Below are positions 12,965 through 27,825 of a stretch of 64,000 bases of DNA, one piece after another. Position 1 is the stretch's first letter, and every line of letters starts with the position of its first letter. Both the position numbers and the translations under genes were made by a program. Source of the stretch: Macrostomum lignano. Its lineage: Eukaryota. The stretch spans positions 33,936 through 97,935 of the forward strand of contig NIVC01003432.1 of assembly GCA_002269645.1 (NCBI GenBank). The letters are read 5' to 3'. The notes beneath the pieces are model-generated. The model did no database searches and was not told the DNA's origin. It was given only the letters and a program-made list of their open reading frames with translations.

Positions 12965-14500
12965 TCTTCTACCAATCTGTCTCATATTCTACCAATCTGA
13001 CTCATATTCTACCAATCTGTCTCATATTCTACTAATCTGACTCATATTCTACCAATCTGTCTCATATTCTACCAATCTGACTCATATTCTACCAATCTGT
13101 CTCATATTCTACCAATCTGTCTCATATTCTACTAATGTCTCATATTCTACCAATCTGTCTCATATTCTACTAATCTGTCTCATATTCTACCAATCTGTCT
13201 CATATTCTACCAATCTGTCTCATATTCTACTAATGTCTCATATTCTACCAATCTGTCTCATATTCTACTAATCTGTCTCATATTCTACCAATCTGTCTCA
13301 TATTCTACCAATCTGTCTCATATTCTACCAATCTGTCTCATATTCTACTAATCTGTCTCATATTCTACCAATCTGTCTCATATTCTACTAATCTGTCTCA
13401 TATTCTACCAATCTGTCTCATATTCTACCAATCTGTCTCATATTCTACTAATGTCTCATATTCTACCAATCTGTCTCATATTCTACTAATCTGTCTCATA
13501 TTCTACCAATCTGTCTCATATTCTACCAATCTGTCTCATATTCTACCAATCTGTCTCATATTCTACCAATCTGTCTCATATTCTACCAATCTGTCTCATA
13601 TTCTACCAATCTGCCTCATATTCTACCAATCTGTCTCATATTCTACCAATCTGTCTCATATTCTACCAATCTGTCTCATATTCTACCAATCTGCCTCGTA
13701 TTCTACCAATCTGTCTCATATTCTACCAATCTGTCTCATATTCTACTAATCTGTCTCATATTCTACCAATCTGCCTCATATTCTACCAATCTGTCTCATA
13801 TTCTACCAATCTGTCTCATATTCTACCAATCTGTCTCATATTCTACCAATCTGTCTCATATTCTACCAATCTGTCTCATATTCTACCAATCTGTCTCATA
13901 TTCTACCAATCTGTCTCATATTCTACCAATCTGCCTCATATTCTACCAATCTGTCTCATATTCTACCAATCTGTCTCATATTCTACCAATCTGCCTCATA
14001 ATCTACCAATCTGCCTCATATTCTACCAATCTGTCTCATATTCTACCAATCTGTCTCATATTCTACCAATCTGTCTCATATTCTACCAATCTGTCTCATA
14101 TTCTACCAATCTGTCTCATATTCTACCAATCTGTCTCATATTCTACCAATCTGCCTCATATTCTACTAGTCTAACTCATATTCTACCAATCTGCCTCATA
14201 TTCTACCAATCTGCCTCATATTCTACCAATCTGTCTCATATTCTACCAATCTGCCTCATATTCTACCAATCTGCCTCATATTCTACCAATCTATTCGAAT
14301 ACCTTCTACTTTTTCAAACCACATTCTACTATACCAATCTTCCTTCTACTACTCTACAAATCTACCTTCTACTCTACAAATCTACCTTCTACTTTACTAA
14401 TCTACCTTCCACTCAACCTATCTACCTTCTACTCTACCAATCTACAGTCTACTCTACCAATCTACTTCTACTCTACTAATTTACTTTCTACTCTCTCACA
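12965..14500. repeat. 20-bp minisatellite (CTCATATTCTACCAATCTGT)n with a degenerate tail (14300-14500)
   Basis: Direct periodicity. Confidence 0.96.
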
Positions 14501-15139
14501 GTCTGCCTGCCACCTCACCCTAAGTCCCTCTCAAAATGTCATTCGCATTTTTTCATATCAAAGCGAATGCCAGAGAGGCCGTGCAGACGAAAACATTGCG
14601 TGTCTTGGAGGCAGAGACAGAGAGATGGAGAGAGAAATGCGCAGCCTTGCCAACTGACACTCAGTGCATTGAGTCAGCAGCGCTCCCAGACACCAGAGAG
14701 GGACTTTGAGCTTGTTAATCTAGTGCGGCACGATAGAGTATCATCAAAGTCAGGGCGCGGGCCCTTTATCGGTAAAAACAGACAGACAAGGGGAGTCGCT
14801 GTTTCCAAGCAGGCCTTGTTGCTGCTTCGGCCCCTTTGATGTTTTCTGGAGAGTGGAAAATGATGCTTGCAGTTGAATGCTTACTCGCTTCACTGATCAG
14901 TTTTATGGTTTAGTCTTGAAATAATCTCAAAAAACAGTATTTGGGATTAGCTCATTTTGAAGAAGCCAAATTTAATATAAAATCTTATCTGAATTAAAGA
15001 ATAATGATTAGGCATGGAAAATATGAGAAAGTAGGACAATATGAGATGAAGAAGGAAGCTGAAATGAGGCTCGACTTCTAGTATTGAAGAATATGATTAG
15101 AAAAGAAAAGAAGAGAGATTCGAGAAGAAGACAGTGGGT

Positions 15140-15770
15140 AGGAGAGAGTGAGAAGGAGAGGGAGGAGAGGGAGAGGGAGAAGGAGAGGGAGGAGAGGGAG
15201 AGGGAGAAGGAGAGGGAGGAGAGGGAGAGGGAGAAGGAGAGGCAGATCCGAGTAGGAGGCACAGTGAGGGTCAGGGAGAAGGAGAGGCAGATCCGAGTAG
15301 GAGGCACAGTGAGGGTCAGGGAGAAGGAGAGGCAGATCCGAGTAGGAGGCACAGTGAGGGTCAGGGAGAAGGAGAGGCAGAGTCGAGTAGGAGGCACAGT
15401 GAGGGTCAGGGAGAAGGAGAGGCAGAGTCGAGTAGGAGGCACAGTGAGGGTCAGGGAGAAGGAGAGGCAGATCCGAGTAGGAGGCACAGTGAGGGTCAGG
15501 GAGAAGGAGAGGCAGATCCGAGTAGGAGGCACAGTGAGGGTCAGGGAGAAGGAGAGGCAGAGTCGAGTAGGAGGCACAGTGAGGGTCAGGGAGAAGGAGA
15601 GGCAGAGTCGAGTAGGAGGCACAGTGAGGGTCAGGGAGAAGGAGAGGCAGATCCGAGTAGGAGGCACAGTGAGGGTCAGGGAGAAGGAGAGGCAGATCCG
15701 AGTAGGAGGCACAGTGAGGGTCAGGGAGAAGGAGAGGCAGAGTCGAGTAGGAGGCACAGTGAGGGTCAGG
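15140..15770. repeat. GA-rich tract followed by about 12 copies of a 45-bp unit (GGCAGATCCGAGTAGGAGGCACAGTGAGGGTCAGGGAGAAGGAGA) in two alternating variants
   Basis: Direct; GATCC and AGTCG variants alternate in pairs. Confidence 0.95.
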
Positions 15771-16394
15771 CTGCAGTTGAGAAGACTCAGCGCAGCAAGT
15801 CGGAGTGAACGCCAAAAGTAACAGCAGCAGCAGCAGTGGCAACAGTCAGAGCCAGACAGGAAGCAACAAAATTAACAAAAGAAAGAGAAAAAATGTGCAT
15901 TTCTACGGTCCAAAATAGTTTTGGAGTAAAAATACGCTCGTACTAGCAATTTTGTTGCTATCAGGAGCTTTGATAGACATACATTCTGCATAACGTACTG
16001 AAGCCAGGGTTGATAATGTAGCCACTTCCTGTGCGAGTATGTTTCCAGTTATTGAAACTGAATATAAATTAGTAACCATATAAGCTAAGGCTGGAGAAGA
16101 TATGGTCTGTTTATTCTAAGCCCCTTGGCTGAAGTTTTGACTGGAATTATGCCAACTGTTTGTGTCATCTACATGTAGCAATGCAAAGTAATTAGAGCGA
16201 AATTCTATTTGAACCGCATGGCTAACATTGGTTTTCTATAGGCATTTCTAACCAGACTTATGCTTCTATAAATATTATTAGTCATTGCTGATTACTCAAT
16301 ATTTGTTTAGACAAAGTTGAATGCTTTAAGTTGCATCTGTGAGGCCTTAAGGAGTCATTTGTTGCTGGTTTGCCCAAATTTATACTCAGGATAG

Positions 16395-17390
16395 AGTCTA
16401 TGACCGCTCTATGATCTTTTGGATAGAGGCTATGACCGCTCTATGACCTTTTGAATAGAGGCTATGACCGCTTTATGATCTTTTAGATAGAGTCTATGAC
16501 AGCTCTATGATCTTTTAGATTAAGTCTATGACAGCTCTATGATCTTTTAGATAGAGGCTATAACCGCTCTATGATCTTTTGGATAGAGTCTATGACAGCT
16601 CTATGATCTTTTAGATTGAGGCTATGACCACTCTATGATCTTTTGGATTGAGACTATGACCGCTCTATGATCTTTTAGATAGAGGCTATGACCGCTCTAT
16701 GATCTTTTAGATTAAGTCTATGACAGCTCTATGATCTTTTGGATAGAGGCTATGACCGCTCTATGATCTTTTAGATAGAGTCTATGACAGCTCTATGATC
16801 TTTTAGATTGAGGCTATGACCACTCTATGATCTTTTGGATTGAGACTATGACCGCTCTATGATCTTTTAGATAGAGGCTATGACCGCTCTATGATCTTTT
16901 AGATTAAGTCTATGACAGCTCTATGATCTTTTAGATAGAGGCTATGACCGCACTATGATCTTTTAGATTGAGTCTATGACAGCTCTATGATCTTTTGGAT
17001 AGAGGCTAAGACCGCTCTATGATCTTTTAGATAGAGGCTATGACCGCTCTATGATCTTTTAGATTGAGTCTATGACAGCTCTATGATCTTTTGGATAGAG
17101 GCTATGACCGCTCTATGATCTTTTAGATATAGACTATTACCGCTCTTTTAGATAGAGGCTATGACCGCTCTATGATCTTTTAGATAGAGGCTATGACCGC
17201 TCTATGATCTTTTAGATTGAGGCTATGACCACTCTATGATCTTTTGGATTGAGACTATGACCGCTCTATGATCTTTTAGATAGAGGCTAAGACCGTTCTA
17301 TGATCTTTTAGATAGAGGCTATGACCGTTCTATGATCTTTTAGATAGGCTAAGACCGTTCTATGATCTTTTTGATAGACTATGACCTATT
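16395..17390. repeat. 32-bp minisatellite (TAGAGGCTATGACCGCTCTATGATCTTTTAGA)n
   Basis: Direct periodicity. Confidence 0.95.
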
Positions 17391-18567
17391 TCTACCATCT
17401 TATACTTAAGCTTGACCAATTTCTATCATTTAGACCGAGGCAGGACTACCTGACTTCAGACCTCTCAAATGTGAAAAAAGCAAAGAATGCAAAAAATGAA
17501 ATTACTTACTGGAACCGTTGCTATCATTTAGTAGTTAAGCCGACAAATTCTTTTATAAAGCCGAGCCTTCTCTGTAATGACAAGCTGCTTTTAAGTTTTT
17601 TTTCTCTACTTTTCTGCCAGCTGGAAAACCTGTGTGAGGTCCTTAACTCCAAACCCTCACCAGGCGCGTCAGCGCATGTTTCAACTAGTGGTCAACGCTG
17701 ATTGGCTGGGCTACGAACCAGCCAATGAGAGTCGACTAACTGTGTTATACAGATTTCAATGAATGATAAGCGATGCCTCCAGTGTGTGGCCTGTCATGGA
17801 GTGTTCGATAAAAGTGTATGGACAAGAGCCGTTGATTGCTACTACAAAATACTGTTTGACCTAAAAAGCGAAATGCAACCAAAACTCTTGATTGTCTATG
17901 GTAAATCCATGGCGGATGGCGGGCACCCTGGCGCAACATACCTGCGCGCAAATACTGTACGCATTCACGCACTCACATACACGTTCACACAGTGTGTACA
18001 TCGGTCCTGACTGTCTAATCGTCAGGCACGTACACTCCTGACTCTCGGTAGCTCTCTTGTGGTCGTGGCCAGAGAGTCAGACGCTTCCAAAGTTTCCTTT
18101 TCATATTAGGCAATTTTAGTACTCCCTGAACTACTATGCGACCTACAGCACAGCTTTGGTAGTAACAGTGGCCAGTGCAATTAATAACTTTTGACTTCTA
18201 TCTCTTCTGCAGAAGACAGCGAAGCAACATGCTGCGCCCCTGTCAGGGGCTTTGGTGGCCGACTTAAAATTTTTTTCAGTTCTGTTTCTATGTGTCGCCA
18301 AAAACTAAGTTTCTGCTTTCGCAAAACCGCGCGGTGACTTCTGGGGGGAGCCGGGGCACAGTGAGAGAGAAGAATGATTAGGGTGAGGATTTACTAAGCT
18401 TGCCTCCAGGCTGTTGGATGGCCCACCGGGGAGTGTGGAGACTGGGTAGGGTCGAGCCCCATAGACAGACAGATGGCGGAATTCACATCGCTGCCCGTGA
18501 CACGTCATAAATCAATCTAGGGGCGCTTGGTCGTGGCAAGCAGATGGGTACTGTTGAAAGATTCTCT

Positions 18568-19770
<1,203 letters not shown>

Positions 19771-20309
19771 GCGATGGACGAATGAACAGCAGGAGCCACT
19801 GACCCTCTTAAAGTGAGTTTTTACTGCTCCCTCATTCGAGTTTCTTATTTTACTGCTTCCACAAGAGCTGCTTCGAGTTTCTGGCTGGAACATCAGGGCA
19901 GGCAAGTCAGTCCGCTAGTAAAAAATGATTCCGCAGACATTTTTGGCACAGATTTTTGTCCAGTTCGTCCCAACTCGCTTTTTTTTGCCTGGCTGGACGA
20001 TGCAGAGAGGCGGGCGGGGGCAGCAAAGTGGGTGAAACTCGCCGCGCAGTTCGGCTTTTAGGGGGGGGTGGCAGAGATGCTTAGGGATGGCACACTGCAC
20101 TGCAGCAATGGGATATTGACAATTAAGCCTGTGGCTTCGATTCTTTTCGCAATAATTTACGTCAGTAGCTTCCGCCGTTGCGGTATTGGCGCAATCTGCC
20201 GCTAGTGTGCATGTTTTTGCCATGTTTTCGTTAGTGGGAGTTGGAGATCAAAGTATGCGGTATCATTTTGAAATTGTGTAAGCTTTTCCATTGGACTGTG
20301 CAGTGATAG

Positions 20310-20510
20310 ACTGACTGACTGACTGACTGACTGACTGACTGACTGACTGACTGACTGACTGACTGACTGACTGACTGACTGACTGACTGACTGACTGACT
20401 GACTGACTGACTGACTGACTGACTGACTGACTGACTGACTGACTGACTGACTGACTGACTGACTGACTGACTGACTGACTGACTGACTGACTGACTGACT
20501 GACTGACTGA
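20310..20510. repeat. (GACT)n microsatellite
   Basis: Direct. Confidence 0.98.
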
Positions 20511-20559
20511 AAGACACGAGACCTCAGACAGATGCTAGGACGCAAACTATACAGACACT

Positions 20560-21205
20560 TGTACAGACAATACAGACACTATTACAGACAGTATACAGAC
20601 ACTAATACAGACAATACAGACACTAATTTAGACATTACAGACACTAATTCAGACAATACAGACACTGATACAGACAATACAGACACTGATACAGACAATA
20701 CAGACACTGATACAGACACTACAGACACTGATACAGACAATACAGACACTGATACAGACACTACAGACACTGATACAGACAATACAGACACTGATACAGA
20801 CACTACAGACACTGATACAGACAATACAGACACTGATACAGACAATACAGACACTGATACAGACACTACAGACACTGATACAGACAATACAGACACTGAT
20901 ACAGACACTACAGACACTGATACAGACAATACAGACACTGATACAGACACTACAGACACTGATACAGACAATACAGACACTGATACAGACACTACAGACA
21001 CTGATACAGACAATACAGACACTGATACAGACACTACAGACACTGATACAGACAGTATGCAGACACTGATTCAGACATTACAGACACTGATACAGACAGT
21101 ATGCAGACACTGATTCAGACATTACAGACACTGATACAGACAGTATGCAGACACTGATTCAGACAATACAGACACTGATACAGACACTACAGACACTGAT
21201 ACAGA
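20560..21205. repeat. 21-bp minisatellite built from 9- and 12-bp subunits (ACAGACAAT ACAGACACTGAT)
   Basis: Direct; source of the DTDT/SVSV ORFs. Confidence 0.93.
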
Positions 21206-22029
21206 TTCTATCACTAAAACAGGCATAATTATTGCAGCTACGGCTAATTCAGTTCAGCAGGCAATAATCTTTACTTTTACTATTTCTACTGCAGTTTAGT
21301 AAGCAATAATTGACAATTATACACGCCAGTTCCGGGTGCAAAAGTACACCTAATTGGGTGAAGAGCAGGTGCAGTTGCACATCTGTCTGTCCAGATTGCT
21401 TCAATCTGTTCCCAGCAGACGAGAATGCGGTATTCGAATTTCGAATCCCTTTATAAACCAAAGCAAGTCTGTGTAGAAGAAGGTCAAAAAGTAAATGTAA
21501 ATATTAACCCAGCTTCGCATTTTACTGTTGCCATGCAAGATGAAGCTTGCTTGCGAGAAAAACTCGAAAAAACCCATCTCTAAAACTGCACAGCTTCAGA
21601 AATATTTTCAATTTATGTTTACGCTTGTACAAACTTTTAAAGTAACATGATTTTCAACGTTTTCATGGGGTCCTCCGTAACAGCTGGCAAAGTTTGGGTA
21701 AACAGGCGAAAAATTATGAAACTAAAAAAATCCTATAGGATGAACCTCCCTGCCGTGGCTGCCTGACTGAGGGAAAACACCAAAACTGTAGCATTTTTTT
21801 CGCATTGGAAATGCCGAGCCAATACACAGTTTGTAAGCCAATTTCCTCAACCTGCACACTTTGCAAGGTAAAAAATTGCATTGGCTGAAATTATGCACGG
21901 TTTCCTGTGCTTCCGGTTTGTAAGCGACGCTTTTAGGTGCAGTGGCTAAGGTTTTATTGCAGCTGCGAATTGCTGCTACTTGTGCCATTAAATCATTGAC
22001 TGAGGGCTAAAGCTGGATTACGAATATTA

Positions 22030-23050
22030 TGGATTGCTAATCTATAGACTGGATTGCTAATCTATAGACTGGATTGCTAATCTATAGACTGGATTGCTAA
22101 TCTATAGACTGGATTGCTAATCTATAGAATGGATTGCTAATCTATAAAATGGATTGCTAATCTATAGAATGGATTGCTAATCTATAGACTGGATTGCTAA
22201 TCTATAGAATGGATTGCTAATCTATAGAATGAATTGCTAATCTGTACATGCTAATCTATAGAATGGATTGCTAATCTATAGAATGGATTGCTAATCTATA
22301 GAATGGATTGCTAATCTATAGAATGGAGTGCTAATCTATAGAATGGATTGCTAATCTATAGAATGGATTGCTAATCTATAGAATGGATTGCTAATCTATA
22401 GAATGAATTGCTAATCTGTACATGCTAATCTATAGAATGGATTGCTAATCTATAGAATGGATTGCTAATCTATAGAATGAATTGCTAATCTATAGAATGG
22501 ATTGCTAATCTATAGAATGAATTGCTAATCTGTACATGCTAATCTATAGAATGGATTGCTAATCTATAGAATGGATTGCTAATCTATAGAATGGATTGCT
22601 AATCTATAGAATGGAGTGCTAATCTATAGAATGGATTGCTAATCTATAGAATGGATTGCTAATCTATAGACTGGATTGCTAATCTATAGAATGGATTGCT
22701 AATCTATAGAATGGATTGCTAATCTATAGAATGAATTGCTAATCTGTACATGCTAATCTATAGAATGGATTGCTAGTCTATAGAATGGATTGCTAGTCTA
22801 TAGAATGGATTGCTAATCTATAGAATGGATTGCTAGTCTATAGAGCAGATTGATAATCTATAGAATGGATTGCTAATATATAAAATGGATTGCTAATCTA
22901 CAGAATGGATTGCTAGTCTATACAACGGATTGATAATCTATAGAATGAATTGCTAATCTGTACATGCTAATCTATAGACTGGATTGATAATCTATAGAAT
23001 GAATTTCTAGTCTATAGACTCGATTGCTAGTGTATAGAACATCAAATCTA
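22030..23050. repeat. 20-bp minisatellite (GGATTGCTAATCTATAGAAT)n
   Basis: Direct periodicity with recurrent CTGTACATG interruptions. Confidence 0.96.
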
Positions 23051-23884
23051 TAGCAACTATAATGACTCCCGTCTCAGTGTTACTCCTACAGCCACAACAG
23101 AGCCGTCAAACAGTAAATAAGTTGGTTTTGCATCACCGCCTCAACCCGCCATCTCTAAACACAGCATCGCAAAGCTGCACTGCAGACACTGAGGGACAGA
23201 GAGACATGCTGAAACAAAACGAATCAAGCGAAAAGTATCGGGACTTTGTCCTTCGATTCCCACGCTTCTTTTTCCCTCTCTGCCAGAAAGAAATTCTGTG
23301 GGGTAATTGTGCAATCATGTTTCCTGGGTAGCAACCCCGACCCCCCTCAGCCTGGCCTAATGGATCATGGCGCCTCACCCTGGACACCGGATGGGAGAGG
23401 CAGCAACAGGCGCTGCAGACACTGCCACAAAATGCTTTGACAGTTTTCCAAGTCGCTTTCAGCTGATTTCGAGAAACAACACAACTCCTGTGTTGATGAA
23501 ATCTGAGAGGGGGGCAGCGCAGATGGAAGGGGCTTCTGCTGCTTCTGCTGCTGTTTCAACATTGGCCCCACTATCATTTTTCTAAGGCAGATGCCAATGC
23601 GGAATAAGAAGAATTTGAATGAGAAAATGCGCAGCTCGGGGGCGCCTCCACTCAGTGGGCCAGGAAGAAAAGTATGGCTTAAAGCGCAGCTACTGATGGA
23701 TTTGCAAAAAAAGCAATATAATTCAATTTTTGCATAGCTTTGCAACTGTGCAGTAAGAATTGCTGGGCAGATTCCATTGGGGGCATTTTTTAATGGTCTG
23801 TTTTTAATGCATGCCATTCCCATTGTTGAGCCGCGTTCCAGTCTTGCAGTAAAATTATCTACCTGATTTCATTTCGTAGCTTGT

Positions 23885-24475
23885 TTCCTCCATCTCTCCC
23901 AGGCTCTCTCCTGTTCCATATACCATACTCTCTTCTCCATCTCCAAGACTCTCTCCTACCCCATCTCCCAGAGTCTCTCCTGCCCCATCTCCCCGATTTT
24001 CTTCTGCTCCATCTTCCAGACTCTCTCCTGCCCCATCTCCAAGACTCTCTCCTGCTCCATCTCCCAGAGTCTCTCCTGCCCCATCTCCCCGATTTTCTTC
24101 TGCTCCATCTCACAGACTCTCTCCTGCCCCATCTCCCAGACTCTCTCCTGCTCCATCTCCCCTATTCTCACGTGCTCCATCTCCCAGATTATCTTCTCCA
24201 TTTCCCAGACTCTCTCCTGCTCCATCTCTTAGAGTCTGCTTCATCTCCCAGACTTTCTCCTGCTCCATCTCCCATACTCTTTTCTCCGTCTCCAAGACTC
24301 TCTCCCGCTCCATCTCTCAGACTCTCTCCCGCTCCATCTCCCAGACTCTGTCCTCAATCTCCCAGACTCTCTCCTGCTCTATTTCTCAGAGTCTCCCCTG
24401 CTCCATCTGTCAGACTCTCCTGCTTTATCTCCCCGATTTTCTCCTGCTCCATCTCTCAGACTCTCTCCTGCTTCA
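23885..24475. repeat. Degenerate ~24-bp minisatellite (CTCTCTCCTGCTCCATCTCCCAGA)
   Basis: Direct. Confidence 0.9.
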
Positions 24476-24827
24476 TCTTTCAGTCTACCCAATCGCAAAG
24501 AATGAATAAAAAGCTAAAACGCTTTTATTTCTACTTACAAGCTAGCTATTAGTAGCGCATTACGAGACATATTGCATAATTTAAATTTATAAAATCTGTA
24601 AACTTTAAATTTCATAGGTTCAGACAGCCGCTCAAAAATTGCATATAAAATCACCGACAAATCCGAAGGCAAGTCGCCTATCTCAAATAATCTCAGTCCA
24701 AAATCTCACCTTCTTTCTAACAAACAGTCGAAGCCTCATGCATTTCAGCGGCGCCCGAGGAGGCGGCTCCCGCTCTGTCAGCGATGTTGGCAGCGACAAT
24801 CGCCAAGAAACTCCGTCGACATCCGCA

Positions 24828-25226
24828 ATGTCTAAAATTCGACAACATCAGCAAATTCAATTTGGCGGCGGCGGCGGCGCGTCGCGCGACTCCAGCCTGG
24901 AGCGTCACGTGACCTTCTCGCCGGCCACACGCAGCCCCACGGCCGGGCACCGACGCCCGCCGCCATCGCCGGTGCCACCGTCGATGAGTCGTCGATTTGG
25001 CGCCGATGACGGCAGCGACGATGACGAGGAAGGAGAAGAAGACGATTATAGAGCTGATGAAGCCGAGCGTCGGGAAGCTGGGCATCTTCATCCGGCCAGC
25101 TTGCTGCAGTTCCCCGGTAGCTCGCTGGTCATCCCGTGCCCGCTGCCGCAGTCCTGCCCGGCGACGCCGCTGCGTCGTTCGCGCGAGTCGACGGCGGCAT
25201 CGAAGCAGCCGAGATCAACGCCGGAG
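24828..25226 (+). CDS. Exon 1 of a peroxiredoxin-like gene: disordered Pro/acidic N-terminus with an RVxF-type motif (RHVTF)
   Basis: GC-rich open frame; acceptor tttcag| at 24748/24749 (an upstream exon is possible); ATG 24828; donor GAG|GTGAGA, phase 0, in frame with the exon at 28829. Confidence 0.75.
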
Positions 25227-25229
25227 GTG

Positions 25230-27150
25230 AGAGATTCGATTGCGGTGTGAGATCTCAGAGAGTGAGACTCTGAGAATAGATTCCAAAAATGGATGCTCAC
25301 TTTAGTGAGACTTTGCAAATTCAATCTAAAAGTGAAAATCCTTGAATGAGGCTTTCAGCAGAGTAAGATTCCTAGGATTGAGACTTTCGTAGTGAGATTT
25401 TCATAGCGATTTTCTCAGGGTGAGATTTTAAGAGTGAGATTTTCATAGCGATTTTCTCAGGATGAGATTTTAAGAGTGAGATTTTCATAGCGATTTTCTC
25501 AGGGTGAGATTTTCAGAGTGAGATTCCGGCAGTGAGATTCCTCAACTGCCACTACCAGAGTGAGATTGCCAGAGTGAGATTCCCAGAGTGAGATTTCCAG
25601 AATGAGATTCCCAGAGTGAGATTCCCAGAGTGAGATTCCCAGAGTGAGATTCCCAGAGTGAGATTCCCAGAGTGAGATTCCCAGAGTGAGATTCCCAGAG
25701 TGAGATTCCCAGAGTGAGAGATTCCCAGAGTGAGATTCCCAGAGTGAGATTCCCAGAGTGAGATTCCCAGAGTGAGATTCCCAGAGTGAGATTCCCAGAG
25801 TGAGATTCCCAGAGTGAGATTCCCAGAGTGAGATTCCCAGAGTGAGATTCCCAGAGTGAGATTCCCAGAGTGAGATTCCCAGAGTGAGATTCCCAGAGTG
25901 AGGTTCCTGGAGTGAGATTCCAGCCACCTTAAGAGACAGATTTCATCCGATGAGTTTCAGGGTATAGGAATCTTTGACTTACAAAAGTCTTGACATTGCG
26001 TGTCACAGGTAATTAAATATTTTTCTACATTTTTAATAATTAATGCAAATATTGATTTCATCTGGCAATCCTCGTAACCCAATGACTTCCGTGGACAGAA
26101 CCTTCCCATAGATTCCCATGGAGCTTCCCCAAGCTAATCTCCTCGTCTCCAGTGGGCACGTGGGCTTCGTTTTCTGATGTTTCATGAGATGGGGAAAACG
26201 CAAACTAATCTTCATCAGTCAGTCACGCTGAATTTGGGTGAGGCTGAATTGGGATTCTGTTGTTTTAAAAGGGGAGATTGGGAGCAAATGACAAATCCAA
26301 GCTTTCTGAGGTCTAATCTGAGGGACACGGAAACTCTGTACGGATTCGAAATCTCCCTCCTTAAATTGAATTTTTTAGAATGTCAGTTCAGGAGTCTCAA
26401 TCTAGCAATTTCAGCCGGAGAACCTCACTCTGGGAATCTCATCCTAGGAATCTCACCATGAAAATCTCACTCTGGGAATCTCACTCTGGGAATCGAACTC
26501 TGGGAGTCTCACACGGTGAATATCTCTCTGGGAACCTCATTTTGGGAATCTCACTCTGGGAATCTCACTCTGGGATCTCACTCTGGAAATCTCACTCTGG
26601 AAATCTCACTCTGGAAATCTCACTCTGGAAATCTCACTCTGGAAATCTCACTCTGGGAATCTCACTCTGGTAAGAGAATCCCAGTCTGGGAATCTCACTC
26701 TGGGAATCTCACTCTGGGAATCTCACTCTGGGAATCTCACTCTGGGAATCTCACTCTGGGAATCTCACTCTGGGAATCTCACTCTGGGAATCTCACTCTG
26801 GGAATCTCACTCTGGGAAAATCACTCTGGGAATCTCACTCTGGGAATCTCAGTCTGGGAATCTCACTCTGGGATCTCACTCTGAAAATCTCACTCTGGAA
26901 ATCTCACTCTGGAAATCTCACTCTGGAAATCTCACTCTGGGAATCTCACTCTGGAAATCTCACTCTGGAAATCTCACTCTGGGAATCTCACTCTGGGAAT
27001 CTCATTCTGACAATCTCACTCTGGGAATCTCATTCTGGGATCTCAGTCTGTGAATCTCACTCTATGAATCACAATTTGGGTATCTCACGACGGTAATCAC
27101 ACCCTGTGAATTTAACTCTGGAAAACTCACTCTGAGAATCTCACTCTAAG
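25230..27150. repeat. Inverted pair of 14-bp minisatellite arrays: (CCCAGAGTGAGATT)n at about 25230-25925 and its reverse complement (AATCTCACTCTGGG)n at about 26420-27150
   Basis: Unit sequences are exact reverse complements, separated by a ~500-bp unique spacer. Confidence 0.93.
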
Positions 27151-27529
27151 TTTAAGTACATCAGCTAGCAAAGTTTCTCTCCGGCACTGGTGTACTAATT
27201 GTGCAAGTTTCAACAACATGCAATGGCCTCCGTTAAAATGGGAGCAGATGTGAGCCCCTGTGACAGCCGCAGTCTCCCTATCCATTGATGTTTTTGTGGG
27301 AAACACGACTAAAAACCTGGATGGACGGGGGCCGACTTCCCGTGTTGAAAAGAATTGTCGAAGTTTCTTTTTAATTAAAAAAAAATTCAGCGTATACCTT
27401 ACCTGCATGAGGATTAGGGCTGAAGCAATAATGCCTACTTATAATACAGTTATTGTCAGGATGAGGGCATTGTTAACTCTCTGTAGTGCTCAGTCTCGGG
27501 GGTGAGAGGCATGCAATGGACACATGAAG

Positions 27530-27825
27530 GGTATGAGAGTCACGGGAGAGTGGGGTGAGGGTTGCAGACATCAGAATCTCATATAAGAGTCACGGGTGAA
27601 GGCATCAAACTCTCATATGAGAGTCACGGGTAGAGGCATCAGAATCTCAAATGAGAGTCACGGGGAGAGGCATCAAAATCTCATATGAGAGTCACGGGGA
27701 GAGGCATCAAAATCTCATATGAGAGTCACGGTGGTGCAATCAAAATCTCATATGAGAGTCACGGGTAGAGGCATCAAACTCTCATGAGAGTCACGGGTAG
27801 AGGCATCAGAATCTCATACGAGAGG
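27530..27825. repeat. ~34-bp minisatellite (GAGAGTCACGGGTAGAGGCATCAAAATCTCATAT)
   Basis: Direct, about 8 copies. Confidence 0.9.

Noticed and set aside
15078-15842. Signal-peptide-like PLLLLLLLLAF ORF (minus) and KER-rich ORF (plus) over the 45-bp repeat
   Set aside because: The minus frame has no ATG (TGA just upstream), and neither strand shows convincing splice sites; cannot be fully excluded because the unit is a multiple of 3
17754-17900. Possible plus-strand exon with CLQCVACHG, next to inverted CCAAT boxes at 17701-17726
   Set aside because: No recognisable family and no partner exon could be joined convincingly
21527-21540. X-box-like GTTGCCATGCAAGA
   Set aside because: Imperfect, and no gene start identified nearby
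23133-23823. Minus-strand ORFs with a plausible donor near 23378
   Set aside because: No homology recognised; several incompatible exon models
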